From positions 448,001 through 512,000 of the IMG/VR virus record IMGVR_UViG_3300009031_000221: DNA of 64,000 bases, one strand, 5' to 3'. Position 1 is the stretch's first letter, and every line of letters starts with the position of its first letter. A program made the position numbers and the translations under genes. This DNA comes from a virus. Taxonomy: Duplodnaviria > Caudoviricetes. The notes under the pieces were generated by a model that had not been told where the DNA came from, made no database searches, and saw only the letters and a program-made list of their open reading frames with translations. Positions 1-9,116 of the stretch are shown here, piece by piece.

Positions 1-964
1 AACGGGTAGCCTCTTTGTTCCCCTTGTAGTAGGAAACAGACTGTAGGTTGGCTGGTGCATCCCCGCAATAGGCACATGAACTTTGGAACATGGATTGTGC
101 CTCGAGGATAGTCAAATTGTAATCTAGACCCTTACGTTTAGCCCGTGCTTTGTATCCTTGGACTAACCCTCGGGCCTGGATCTCTGTAACGGCGTGTATG
201 TTGGTTGGAACTACCCCTTCCGTTATCCGTGCCGCCCAAGCATAGAACTCCGCTACCGATAACGATGCTTTCATGTAATTGCATACCCCACAGCAAGGCA
301 CGCAATTAGATTCTGTGTAGCCTAGGGCACTGTCTATACGGTCAACCCCGTTATGGTACAAATCTTTCCCGTAACTGGTATTGGAACGTTGGACACTTTG
401 AGGGGATGCCCCGCAGTAATTGCATTCCTGCAGAATCAAGGCCTTTAGCTGATCCTTGGTCAAATCAAATGACAAACCTCGTTTCAAAGCCCCTAGTCTG
501 TAGGTATGCCAAACGTTGTTACTTTGAGTATCGGGACGAGAACGCCGGACAAATCCGCATTCTTTGCAACTTTGGCTTCGACCCTCACGTAATGTTTTGC
601 CTTCAATAAGCGCTTCCGTGCCACATGTACAACGACAGCGGAATCCGAATCGGTTTGCGGCAATGTCCTTCTCATATGAAAGTACCGTCCACAACCCTAT
701 TTGGGTGCCCTGAGGTATCATTTCAGCCTGATTGGCACATCCGCAACTTCTGGATATCGGCACCAACCTTCGGATGCATATCACCTTTTCAGTTCCACAA
801 TCACAACGGCATAGCATCTCCGAACGTCCCTTATGAGGAACGAGAGCGATTGCCGTTAGCATCCCAAACTTCTGCCCAACGTAACGGCTTACACTTCGGT
901 TGCTAACTTGACTGCCTTCTTCTCCATGTCCGCCAACACCAACTCCCGAATGATCTGCACCCAT
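1..964 (-). CDS. HNH-type homing endonuclease, 3' end runs off the window
   Basis: Manual translation (absent from ORF track): two GQKFGxLT/CRCxCG repeats, then KRGLSFDLT..CNYCG..NGVDRIDSALGYTESNCVPCCGVCNYMK and the start of a second such unit; start uncertain. Confidence 0.85.
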   Translation of the reverse strand, partial: MGADHSGVGVGGHGEEGSQVSNRSVSRYVGQKFGMLTAIALVPHKGRSEMLCRCDCGTEKVICIRRLVPISRSCGCANQAEMIPQGTQIGLWTVLSYEKDIAANRFGFRCRCTCGTEALIEGKTLREGRSQSCKECGFVRRSRPDTQSNNVWHTYRLGALKRGLSFDLTKDQLKALILQECNYCGASPQSVQRSNTSYGKDLYHNGVDRIDSALGYTESNCVPCCGVCNYMKASLSVAEFYAWAARITEGVVPTNIHAVTEIQARGLVQGYKARAKRKGLDYNLTILEAQSMFQSSCAYCGDAPANLQSVSYYKGNKEATR

Positions 965-1053
965 GGTATCCGCCTCCGTAGGGATTCTGCCCGTAGGTAA
1001 TCCATCATGTCCTGGTCGAGGTAAATTCTAGCCGCATGTTTCGTTGTTGTCAT
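889..1053 (-). CDS. Small ribbon-helix-helix-like DNA-binding protein (54 aa)
   Basis: Manual translation MTTTKHAARIYLDQDMMDYLRAESLRRRIPWVQIIRELVLADMEKK; beta-alpha-alpha pattern; AAGGTAGG upstream. Confidence 0.6.
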   Translation of the reverse strand: MTTTKHAARIYLDQDMMDYLRAESLRRRIPWVQIIRELVLADMEKKAVKLATEV

Positions 1054-1088
1054 CGTTTGATCCTACCTTGATCCTACCGGAGTGGGGG

Positions 1089-1104
1089 CATAAGCATTCT
1101 ACCG
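1089..1104 (-). promoter_or_regulatory. Weak class B motif (CGGTAG-AATGC-TTATG)
   Basis: Spacing matches class B; upstream of 889..1053. Confidence 0.35.
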
Positions 1105-1169
1105 AGAGTAGGCTCATTGAGACGGTGTTTGGGGTATTACATGACATCTCACATCCAAGTGGGTAAAAG

Positions 1170-1403
1170 GTGAAAACCATGTTGAACAAGTTCTATACTG
1201 AAGATGGCGTTTATGTTGATCAAACGGATACCGAAGTTTCGCCTCGCGTGGGTGTCAATGCTATTGTTGAACTTAGGGGCATTCCTTACTACATCATGTG
1301 CATCAATTACGACAATGCGAACAACGTGGGGGATGCCGTCCAGGAACGTTGGTTTTATGTCAAAAAGGTGGAAAAGATTCAGTCTATCAAAACGACCCGG
1401 TAA
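1170..1403 (+). CDS. Hypothetical protein
   Basis: 77-aa ORF, fits gene packing. Confidence 0.65.
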   Translation: MKTMLNKFYTEDGVYVDQTDTEVSPRVGVNAIVELRGIPYYIMCINYDNANNVGDAVQERWFYVKKVEKIQSIKTTR

Positions 1404-1405
1404 GG

Positions 1406-1432
1406 CTTACTTTCCTCTTCCTCGGCGTAGAT
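1406..1432 (+). promoter_or_regulatory. Class A promoter motif
   Basis: CTTACT-N13-GCGTAGAT. Confidence 0.85.
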
Positions 1433-1470
1433 AGATCGTGGGCGACGGATGATCGCTTTGAAGGCATGTC

Positions 1471-2250
1471 GTGGACGACATCGTAGGCATGTTCATTGTT
1501 TTGTGTGCAAATCTCGGGTGGATCATTCTTGTTTTGGTGTGGATCAATTACAAGGCGTCCAGGGCTTTCAAAAGGATGGGTTGGGGCTGGCCAAAGTGGA
1601 TCGACCCTGATGAATGGGAACGCATCAGGGAGACCAAACAGGAAACAGCGGATGCCATCAAGGCGGAGGCCCGTAAGAACTACGAAGCTGCATTTGAAGC
1701 ATGCAAGGCATGGTGGATCCTAGATGAAAGGAGTGCGTATCCATTAGGTTGGGATTCCATCAAAGATTTCTTACCCGTCGAACAGCGGATGGAAGTCGAA
1801 ACCAAGGTGAATGAATCAGAGACCTCTGAGAGGGAAGCTAGGGATCGAGGGTGGTTAGCATACACCAGTGGTTCCGCTGTAGAGGTCTCGAAAGAACAGT
1901 GGGATGCCGATTGGGAAACTTCTAAGGACGAATTGTACGCCTTAATAGGTCGTGCCCGATACTGCATGGTGCAGGACATTCTCGGGCCTCCCCCATATGA
2001 GCGGGCTACCATTAGTGGCACTGATGCGACCCTTGTTGAGTCTTTGGAGGGTCTTCGGGACAGGTTCTTTCAAGATCCCTGGGATGACAAAGCCAAATAC
2101 CTCGACCAATCCGTGTCGGATGACGACGCCATGTTGTGGTCACCCGATAGTAACCTGACTGGTTCGGGTTACGCGGAATTGCAAAATAAACGCAATGTCA
2201 TCCGACATCGTGTCAAATATGTGCCATCCCAGATGGTGTCAAATCTTTGA
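1471..2250 (+). CDS. Membrane-anchored hypothetical protein
   Basis: N-terminal hydrophobic helix, 259 aa, behind class A promoter. Confidence 0.75.
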   Translation: MDDIVGMFIVLCANLGWIILVLVWINYKASRAFKRMGWGWPKWIDPDEWERIRETKQETADAIKAEARKNYEAAFEACKAWWILDERSAYPLGWDSIKDFLPVEQRMEVETKVNESETSEREARDRGWLAYTSGSAVEVSKEQWDADWETSKDELYALIGRARYCMVQDILGPPPYERATISGTDATLVESLEGLRDRFFQDPWDDKAKYLDQSVSDDDAMLWSPDSNLTGSGYAELQNKRNVIRHRVKYVPSQMVSNL

Positions 2251-2305
2251 CGGGTAAAGGATTACCCTTGGACGTGACTGCGTAGTTTCTAGTAGGAGGT
2301 TCCCT

Positions 2306-2986
2306 GTGTGCCGAATTCCGATCGTTGCTCTATGCATGTTCGCTACCATGACTCCGCTCAACGCTTTCGCTGGGTGTGAGAAAGACACTGACTGCAAAGG
2401 GGAACGGGTCTGTGTTAGTGGACTTTGCATCTATCCCGATCGGGTGCCCCTAACCCCAGCAACCCTGGACGTAGCGAAGCCAACGGGGTTCCGTCACGGC
2501 CCTATCATTTTGGCGGGGTTCCACACGTATGGTTGGACGGGGGGTATGACCGGAACCTATGGTTTGATGTACGCCTTCGAGTACCGTCCTGTCTATTTCA
2601 CCCTTGAGGCACTTACAAATCCAAATCGACCCCCAGAGGGTTTGTTTGGCGGATTGGGCATTGGCATGGGATGGCTGTTCCCCGTGCGGGGTTCAATCGT
2701 ATTGGGGCTCACTGGAGCCTTTGGGATTTGGGGTTCTCAAAGAAGCGACTGGACCTACGGCGGTTTGACTTATGATGGTCAATGCTGTGTCAAAGTTACG
2801 ACTTTTGACAAGGTTAAGATTTACGGAATGCTGTCCAGCTTCATCAGGTTCGGGTCATCCTGGACGTTTTCCCTGGGGCCAAGACTGGGGGTTGGGGAAC
2901 GTTACCGTTCTGATGTTGACACAAATACATCATCAGGCACATTGGGGGTGCTCATTCAGACAGGATACCTGTTTGGGGGTAAGTGA
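2306..2986 (+). CDS. Secreted/outer-membrane beta-barrel-like protein with Cys-rich N-terminal motif
   Basis: Signal peptide (..AFA), CEKDTDCKGERVCVSGLC, alternating Gly/aromatic strands, C-terminal GYLF; AGGAGG RBS. Confidence 0.65.
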   Translation: MCRIPIVALCMFATMTPLNAFAGCEKDTDCKGERVCVSGLCIYPDRVPLTPATLDVAKPTGFRHGPIILAGFHTYGWTGGMTGTYGLMYAFEYRPVYFTLEALTNPNRPPEGLFGGLGIGMGWLFPVRGSIVLGLTGAFGIWGSQRSDWTYGGLTYDGQCCVKVTTFDKVKIYGMLSSFIRFGSSWTFSLGPRLGVGERYRSDVDTNTSSGTLGVLIQTGYLFGGK

Positions 2987-3005
2987 CCCTGAAGGGACAG
3001 ATACT

Positions 3006-3239
3006 GTGAAAGTGTACCAACCAATAGTCACGGGTCGGGATGACGCTTTCAATGGGAAAGAGTTTACCTATCGGTCAAAGGTACTATTCCGAACGATGGA
3101 AAGGGCTGAAAAGGCTTTGCCTGGATGGGTCGCGAGGTTGGAACAGGAAGATCAAAGACCTGGGACGATGGTGAAAATCGATTATCGCAAGGCGAAAACC
3201 CGCATCATGGAACTTGAACTCGAGGACGAAACGGAGTAG
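3006..3239 (+). CDS. Hypothetical protein
   Basis: GTG start within track ORF 2772..3239. Confidence 0.6.
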   Translation: MKVYQPIVTGRDDAFNGKEFTYRSKVLFRTMERAEKALPGWVARLEQEDQRPGTMVKIDYRKAKTRIMELELEDETE

Positions 3240-3247
3240 GAGGCGCC

Positions 3248-3595
3248 ATGGCAATTAGCGGATTCGCATTGGAACGGCTTGGCCCTCATCAATACACTTC
3301 CAAGGAAAAGGAAGGGAAGGAAACCAAGTTCATTTGCTCCGGCGTGGTTGTCTATGCGGAGACGGAAGAAATGGCACGCCAGATAGCGGCTACTCCCCGT
3401 GCCCTGCAACCGGGACAAAAGATCCTTCCGAACAACACCATTGATCCACCCCCGCCCTACTCATGGTGTGTAGATGAAGACCCGGCGGCATGGTTGGATC
3501 CTACCAAGACTTCTTGCAAGTCATTCCCGGTAGGCCCTGAAATCGAAACCCAAGAAGGACGTGGCTACGCTCAATTCCTGGAGGTGGTACGATGA
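3248..3595 (+). CDS. Hypothetical protein
   Basis: AGGAGG RBS, 115 aa. Confidence 0.7.
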   Translation: MAISGFALERLGPHQYTSKEKEGKETKFICSGVVVYAETEEMARQIAATPRALQPGQKILPNNTIDPPPPYSWCVDEDPAAWLDPTKTSCKSFPVGPEIETQEGRGYAQFLEVVR

Positions 3596-3789
3596 CGGAT
3601 AGCAACGAACGCATTGTGTGGAAGTTCCTCCTGTGGCCTCGCTATGGGCGGAATGGCTGGAAGTGGTTGTGTGGGGCGAATGTCCGGGAAGTGGTGGCAG
3701 TTAGGTACGGCTACATTGGAGGGCCTTGCGAACATGGCCCCGTATCATCTACCTGGATCGAAACAGGACTTGCGGAGGACTACGAATGA
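3592..3789 (+). CDS. Hypothetical protein, paralog of next gene
   Basis: RIVWKFLLWPRYG motif; ATGA overlap. Confidence 0.7.
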   Translation: MTDSNERIVWKFLLWPRYGRNGWKWLCGANVREVVAVRYGYIGGPCEHGPVSSTWIETGLAEDYE

Positions 3790-4007
3790 TCTACAAGACT
3801 AAAGCCTATTTGAAAGACCGTGAGGGCGAAGAGCGTGTCGTCCGCAAATTCCTCCTGTGGCCCCGCCGGTTTGGCAATGAGAAGCTTGGCCGATGGATGG
3901 AATATGCCTGGATCCGTGAGAAGGTTCAGCTATTCCATGATGACTACGAAGGGGATGCATGGAAATGGCATGAAGTCGGCTTCTATGACATCTCGGCAGG
4001 GGTCTAG
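3786..4007 (+). CDS. Hypothetical protein, paralog of previous gene
   Basis: RVVRKFLLWPRRFG motif; ATGA overlap. Confidence 0.7.
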   Translation: MIYKTKAYLKDREGEERVVRKFLLWPRRFGNEKLGRWMEYAWIREKVQLFHDDYEGDAWKWHEVGFYDISAGV

Positions 4008-4295
4008 ATGTCCATCCCTACTCTTGAAGGCGAAATGTGCTATCAAGCATCCCGCCTTTCGGATGATGGTTTCCGTACTGCATGCGATGCTATGCTGGAT
4101 CTCCTAGCTCCCAGCGCAAATAAAACCCCTTATGTATTTCCATCATTCGATGATTTTAATCGGTGGTGTGTTTGTACTCAGCAACATGTACACGGTTGGC
4201 GTAATAACTTTGACGGGACTTTGACGCCTATGGTCCGTGAAGGTCCAGAACTAACGCCCCTGGATATTCGAGTTCGCTATCCCGTTTCTAGGTAG
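4008..4295 (+). CDS. Hypothetical protein
   Basis: 95 aa, abuts previous stop. Confidence 0.6.
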   Translation: MSIPTLEGEMCYQASRLSDDGFRTACDAMLDLLAPSANKTPYVFPSFDDFNRWCVCTQQHVHGWRNNFDGTLTPMVREGPELTPLDIRVRYPVSR

Positions 4296-4296
4296 A

Positions 4297-4323
4297 CTTA
4301 CTTTCATGCTGAGATGCGTAGAA
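4297..4323 (+). promoter_or_regulatory. Class A promoter motif
   Basis: CTTACT-N13-GCGTAGAA(T). Confidence 0.85.
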
Positions 4324-4357
4324 TGCCCTGACGCAGTAACCCCACCTGGAGCTTCCC

Positions 4358-5491
4358 ATGCTATTCGAGAAGAATCTGAATACCTACACCCCTACTCATG
4401 AGGGGGCAATCCCGGACATCCACAAGGCACTTCCGGTCGGCAACTTCATCATCAAAGCCACGATGACGGGATCCTTGTACTTCGAGCAAGTGGATCCCTT
4501 CACCATGCCCCCGAAGATGTACGGGGATACCAAGCAGCGGGCGGAACGTATCCTGAAGACCTTCCATAGCCGTCCTCTGGCTACGGGCGTCCTCCTGAGC
4601 GGGGAGAAGGGTTCCGGTAAGACCCTGTTGGCCAAGTACTTGGCACAAAGCAGCGGTTTGCCCTGCATCCTGGTCAATGCCCCCTTGGCGGGTGACAAGT
4701 TCAACAAGTTGCTTCAGGACGTGGAACAACCCGCAATCGTCCTGTTCGATGAATTCGAGAAGGTCTACGACAACGAGAACGGTGGACAGGACGCAATCCT
4801 CACCCTACTTGATGGCGTGTTCTCTTCCAAGAAGTTGTTCCTGCTGACGTGCAATGATGTGTACGCCATCAATCGGCATATGAAGAATCGTCCCGGACGT
4901 ATCTTCTACGCCATCAACTTCAAGGGCTTGTCGATCGACTTCATCGCCGAGTACTGCCAGGATCGCCTGAACAACAAGGCACACATCGACTTGGTGTGCA
5001 ATCTTGCCATGATGTTCGAGGCTTTCAACTTCGACATGCTGGCAGCACTGGTTGAGGAAATGAACCGGTACGATGAAGGCCCCACGGACGCATTGAAGAT
5101 GCTGAATGTCCTGCCGGATACCTTCTCGGAATACGGCACCTTCCAGGTTCAGTTGCTTGTTGATGGCAACCCTGTGGAGATTACCAACCCGAAGAAGGGG
5201 TTGTTCAACACCAATCCGGCATTCCTGGATCAGTTCTCGATCATCTACAAGAAGCCCAAGTCCCGCAAGAAGGACGAACCTCGGGATGATGACGATGATG
5301 ATTACCCCCGGAACAATGAGATCCGGTTGGTGTTCTTCAAGCGTCACATCAAGCATGTGAACCGGGAAACCGGGGCGTACACGTTCATCAATGATGAGGG
5401 CATCACCGCCATTGTCACCAAGTCGGCATCGGCTGGGGGCATGGGATTCCACAATGCGTTCATGGGCCCGCAGGAAGAGGATGCAGTATGA
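4358..5491 (+). CDS. AAA+ ATPase
   Basis: Walker A GEKGSGKT, Walker B IVLFDEFEK, sensor LLTCN, Arg finger RPGR. Confidence 0.92.
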   Translation: MLFEKNLNTYTPTHEGAIPDIHKALPVGNFIIKATMTGSLYFEQVDPFTMPPKMYGDTKQRAERILKTFHSRPLATGVLLSGEKGSGKTLLAKYLAQSSGLPCILVNAPLAGDKFNKLLQDVEQPAIVLFDEFEKVYDNENGGQDAILTLLDGVFSSKKLFLLTCNDVYAINRHMKNRPGRIFYAINFKGLSIDFIAEYCQDRLNNKAHIDLVCNLAMMFEAFNFDMLAALVEEMNRYDEGPTDALKMLNVLPDTFSEYGTFQVQLLVDGNPVEITNPKKGLFNTNPAFLDQFSIIYKKPKSRKKDEPRDDDDDDYPRNNEIRLVFFKRHIKHVNRETGAYTFINDEGITAIVTKSASAGGMGFHNAFMGPQEEDAV

Positions 5492-5859
5492 AGATTGCCG
5501 TTGACTTCGATGGGACCGTTGTAGAACATCGGTATCCCCTTGTTGGGAAAGATATTCCGCATTGCCAGGATGTCTTGAAGGCACTGGTAGCCAAGGGCCA
5601 TCAACTCATTCTGTTTACCATGCGGAGCGGGGACACCCTTGCAGATGCCGTGAAGTGGTATGCAGATCGGGACATTCCTTTGTACGGGGTAAATACCAGC
5701 CCTGGGCAGGGTGCTTGGACGCAATCGCCCAAGGCATATGCACACATCTACATTGATGATGCTGCCTTGGGTTGCCCTCTCACCCGTCCCTGGAATGATC
5801 GCCCCTTCGTGGATTGGGAACAGGTTGAGTTGCTACTGCAAGCCCAAGGCGTTCTGTAG
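5488..5859 (+). CDS. HAD-superfamily phosphatase (minimal)
   Basis: IAVDFDGT, LFTMR, YIDD motifs. Confidence 0.88.
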   Translation: MKIAVDFDGTVVEHRYPLVGKDIPHCQDVLKALVAKGHQLILFTMRSGDTLADAVKWYADRDIPLYGVNTSPGQGAWTQSPKAYAHIYIDDAALGCPLTRPWNDRPFVDWEQVELLLQAQGVL

Positions 5860-5861
5860 AG

Positions 5862-5888
5862 CTTACTTCTTGACCTAGCAGCGTAGAT
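5862..5888 (+). promoter_or_regulatory. Class A promoter motif
   Basis: CTTACT-N13-GCGTAGAT. Confidence 0.85.
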
Positions 5889-5925
5889 CGGGTATCCCTC
5901 TAGGCAAAGAGGGCACGACGACGTT

Positions 5926-6831
5926 ATGGGACAAAAGTCACGCATCACCCCGGTAGAACCCCCTACGAAAAATGCAGGGCTTGTACGGAAGAACACCGTG
6001 CGGGCCGATGTGAAGATCAAGCGGGAATTCGATCAACCGTTGAATGTGAAACGGCTCCCGCATCCTACGGGGCCGAAGCTCCAAGGCTACATTTGCGCTG
6101 CGTCCTGGGAAGTCATCACGGATGATGACCAAACCCTTCGGTTCCTCATGTTGGAAGACCAACTGAAGAATACGCAACGGTTGTTCCACGGCACCCCGGC
6201 TGTAAACATCGGGGACATCGTACAAATGGGACTACGCCCTGGTAAATGGGGCATGTTCGGTGCCGGTATCTACACGGGCGGCATCGGCAAGGCTATCAAT
6301 TACGCCCACGGATTTGGGGCACACTACGTTCTTGAGGTCGATGTCATCCTGGGGAAGGTCAAGGAATGCCTTGGTGCGGAGAAATGGGCGTACAAAAGGC
6401 TGCTAGACGCGGGATTCAACTCCGTTGGCGGCTTTGCCAACCTCACATCTTCCTGGGGCGGCAAACTTCGCCACAATGAATACGTTGTCTACGACCGGGA
6501 ACAAGTTCTGATCCAGAAGGTTCACGAGTACCAACGGGATTACTCCATTGCTGCGACCTACCCTACGCAAGGTGCTTGCAATCTGATTGTGGAGAAAGAT
6601 ATCGTCCCCACGAAGGGGCTCCGTACTTTCAAGGATGTCCTGGCCAAGCAGCCCTGTGGCAAGATCGCCTATCGGCGATGCACTACCAAGGTAACTAATA
6701 CTGGCCCGTTCGATTCCATTTGGATTTGCAATAATTGCCTCGAGAAATACAAGATTCGCATTGGTTCCAAGGTTGAGGCACGTTTTGGGACTTATCAATT
6801 GCGGAATCAGATCATCACTATCACGGGCTAG
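5926..6831 (+). CDS. PARP/ARTD-family ADP-ribosyltransferase with C-terminal Cys cluster
   Basis: LFHGT (H), GMFGAGIY..KAINY (Y), HNEYVVYD (E) triad. Confidence 0.85.
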   Translation: MGQKSRITPVEPPTKNAGLVRKNTVRADVKIKREFDQPLNVKRLPHPTGPKLQGYICAASWEVITDDDQTLRFLMLEDQLKNTQRLFHGTPAVNIGDIVQMGLRPGKWGMFGAGIYTGGIGKAINYAHGFGAHYVLEVDVILGKVKECLGAEKWAYKRLLDAGFNSVGGFANLTSSWGGKLRHNEYVVYDREQVLIQKVHEYQRDYSIAATYPTQGACNLIVEKDIVPTKGLRTFKDVLAKQPCGKIAYRRCTTKVTNTGPFDSIWICNNCLEKYKIRIGSKVEARFGTYQLRNQIITITG

Positions 6832-6832
6832 A

Positions 6833-6859
6833 CTTACTATGTGTTGAGAATGCGTAGAT
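6833..6859 (+). promoter_or_regulatory. Class A promoter motif
   Basis: CTTACT-N13-GCGTAGAT. Confidence 0.85.
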
Positions 6860-6893
6860 AGGGCATGACGTAGACCGTCCTAAGGAATCAAAC

Positions 6894-7274
6894 ATGCCCC
6901 GTTTTTCGCACTTGTCTCATCTGTCCTTCGTTGTCCGTCCCGAGATGTATGAGGAAGCCATTCGTGCCGTCAAGGCAGCGCTACCGGGCCTCCGGAATGT
7001 TCGGCACATCGTAGCCTCTGGCCATGTCCGTTGCACCAACGAGCACGTGGATAAGCTGAAGGAAACCCTCCTCCCGTTCGTTATGGCCAACACCATCATG
7101 ATTCAACCCGATACCCGGTTTGAGCCGGATCCCGTGGTAAATCCTGAGGTGGCTGCCGGGGAGAAGCGTCTCGAGGCTGCCTTTGAGAATCTGTTTGGCA
7201 GGATTGAACAGAAGGCAAGTGCCAATATGGCACGCTTCCTTCATGCTGCGGCAGACTTCGTCGAGAAGCTCTAG
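6894..7274 (+). CDS. Hypothetical protein
   Basis: TAAGGAA RBS, 126 aa. Confidence 0.75.
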   Translation: MPRFSHLSHLSFVVRPEMYEEAIRAVKAALPGLRNVRHIVASGHVRCTNEHVDKLKETLLPFVMANTIMIQPDTRFEPDPVVNPEVAAGEKRLEAAFENLFGRIEQKASANMARFLHAAADFVEKL

Positions 7275-8275
7275 TCCTGATGCCCGTCCTGGTACGCATC
7301 CAAGGCATTCACGATGCGGCTAACTAGCGGGTGACGTACAACGTCTTCAGGCCCGAAGCTGAACACCTCGATACCTTCGACCTTGCCAAGGGCGTTGACG
7401 ATGTTGGACAATCCGCTCTGACCCCTCAAGAGGTCAGTTTGCGATGCATCCCCCGTAATAACGCACTTGGAATGTTCACCCATACGGGTCATCAACATGA
7501 CCAGTTGAGTCCAGGTGCAGTTCTGCGCCTCATCAAGCAGAATGAACGCATCATTCAGGGTACGACCCCGCATGAAGGCTAGCGGGGCGATTTCAATCCG
7601 TCCATCCCTACGCATCGCTTCGATGTAGGGCTTGCCTGCTAGAATGTTCAAAGCATCATAGATAGGCTGCAGGTACGGGTCAACCTTGTCCGCGAATGAC
7701 CCGGGCAGAAACCCGAGCTTTTCCCCAGCCTCTACCGCGGGACGGGTGATGATGATCCGTTTTACGTCGTCATGTTCCAAGGCCTTGAGTGCCTGGGCTA
7801 CAGCAATGAAGGTCTTGCCCGTACCAGCAGGGCCAAGTCCAAATACCATGTCATTACTGCGAATCGCATCCATATAATCACGCTGCCGCTGATTCTTCGG
7901 TTGAATCATAACGTGGACTTTCGCCATTGGCGGCGTGACCACGAAGTCCGGCTTCTTCCCCTTGTAAGTGTTGCTGCTTTCACGACGTGCCCTAGCAGGC
8001 TTTGACATAGTGCTCCTTGGTTGATCCCCCTCCGCCTGTTGCTTCATCTTGGTAATCATAGCACGAGCCTCGTTGAACTCCTGGCCGGGATTGCCATGGA
8101 GTAGAACGCGGTAGGCTCGCACCTGAACCTGGATGCCGTACTGACGAAGGGTTTGAATGTTAGACCGTTGTGGCCCGAGAAAACGACGAAAGGACTCAGG
8201 ATCGCGGAACTGAAACACCTGGCAACTTGTACCGCGTGTCATCCCATGTCCCCCATCGATGAGCAAGTAGCTCAT
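7271..8275 (-). CDS. phoH: PhoH-like ATPase
   Basis: GPAGTGKT, ITRPAVEAGEKLGFLPG, LAFMRGRTL, DEAQN, TGDxSQTDL. Confidence 0.95.
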   Translation of the reverse strand: MSYLLIDGGHGMTRGTSCQVFQFRDPESFRRFLGPQRSNIQTLRQYGIQVQVRAYRVLLHGNPGQEFNEARAMITKMKQQAEGDQPRSTMSKPARARRESSNTYKGKKPDFVVTPPMAKVHVMIQPKNQRQRDYMDAIRSNDMVFGLGPAGTGKTFIAVAQALKALEHDDVKRIIITRPAVEAGEKLGFLPGSFADKVDPYLQPIYDALNILAGKPYIEAMRRDGRIEIAPLAFMRGRTLNDAFILLDEAQNCTWTQLVMLMTRMGEHSKCVITGDASQTDLLRGQSGLSNIVNALGKVEGIEVFSFGPEDVVRHPLVSRIVNALDAYQDGHQD

Positions 8276-8340
8276 ACACTATGCAACTCTCATAACGCTC
8301 CTATTGGGACTTTTATAGCCCTATCTTGAACATTCGGACA

Positions 8341-8367
8341 CTTACTTTCGGATAGTTCAGCGTAGAT
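8341..8367 (+). promoter_or_regulatory. Class A promoter motif
   Basis: CTTACT-N13-GCGTAGAT. Confidence 0.85.
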
Positions 8368-8402
8368 AGATGGTAGGGCGAATGACCCTTAGGAAATCGA
8401 CC

Positions 8403-8753
8403 ATGAGCACCGTTCGTATCACCTTCACCCCGCCCACGGACCTGACCCCCAGGGTCACGATCATCAAGGCTCTCCGGGAGTTCTATGGCCCCACCAAACT
8501 GAACCTCAAGGACGCCAATGACATCATCAAGGCGGGAGTCCACGATTGCGATTCCGGGAACGCCTATGTTGTGTGCAACATCCTCCGGGACAGCACCACC
8601 AACGTCGCTGTCCTGGGCAATCCTCATGATGACCGTACGATGGCCCTGAGCCGCCTCTACACCTCCTACAAGGTGATTGAGGATCGCATGGTCACGAAGT
8701 TCGCCCACAAGATGGCGGATCTTCTCGATTGGATGAATCAACCTTCCAAGTAA
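8403..8753 (+). CDS. Protein with ribosomal L7/L12 C-terminal-domain-like motif
   Basis: RVTIIKALREFYGPTKLNLKDANDIIK resembles bL12 KxxVIKxVRxxxGLGLKEAKxLVE. Confidence 0.55.
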   Translation: MSTVRITFTPPTDLTPRVTIIKALREFYGPTKLNLKDANDIIKAGVHDCDSGNAYVVCNILRDSTTNVAVLGNPHDDRTMALSRLYTSYKVIEDRMVTKFAHKMADLLDWMNQPSK

Positions 8754-8765
8754 GGAATCAACACC

Positions 8766-9116
8766 ATGGCACCCAAGGCAAAATCATCCAACTCGCCCAA
8801 GATTGCAGGGGAAGTCCATGCCCGCATCTGGAATGCGAGCCAGTCCTGGTTCGATGAGCGCATGTACAAGGTCGTCCTCCTTGGGGTGACCTACACGATC
8901 CGTACGAGGATCCGTCGCAACGCCTACGATGACCAGAGTCATGCCATTGTGGAGGTATTGGACGGGCTGAAGTGGAGCACCCTGTCAAGCCTCGATACGA
9001 GCCTGTGGCCCCTGATGGCACGGACAGTGAAATATGTTGACCGTGATGTCAAGGGCGTTAGCTTTGACTCCCTGGTCGGCATCCTGGTAAATGACGCCTA
9101 CATGATCCTCGGCTAG
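8766..9116 (+). CDS. Hypothetical protein
   Basis: TAAGGAA RBS, 116 aa. Confidence 0.75.
   Translation: MAPKAKSSNSPKIAGEVHARIWNASQSWFDERMYKVVLLGVTYTIRTRIRRNAYDDQSHAIVEVLDGLKWSTLSSLDTSLWPLMARTVKYVDRDVKGVSFDSLVGILVNDAYMILG

Noticed and set aside
243-259. CGGTAG-containing sequence resembling a class B motif
   Set aside because: Wrong spacing and inside the HNH coding frame
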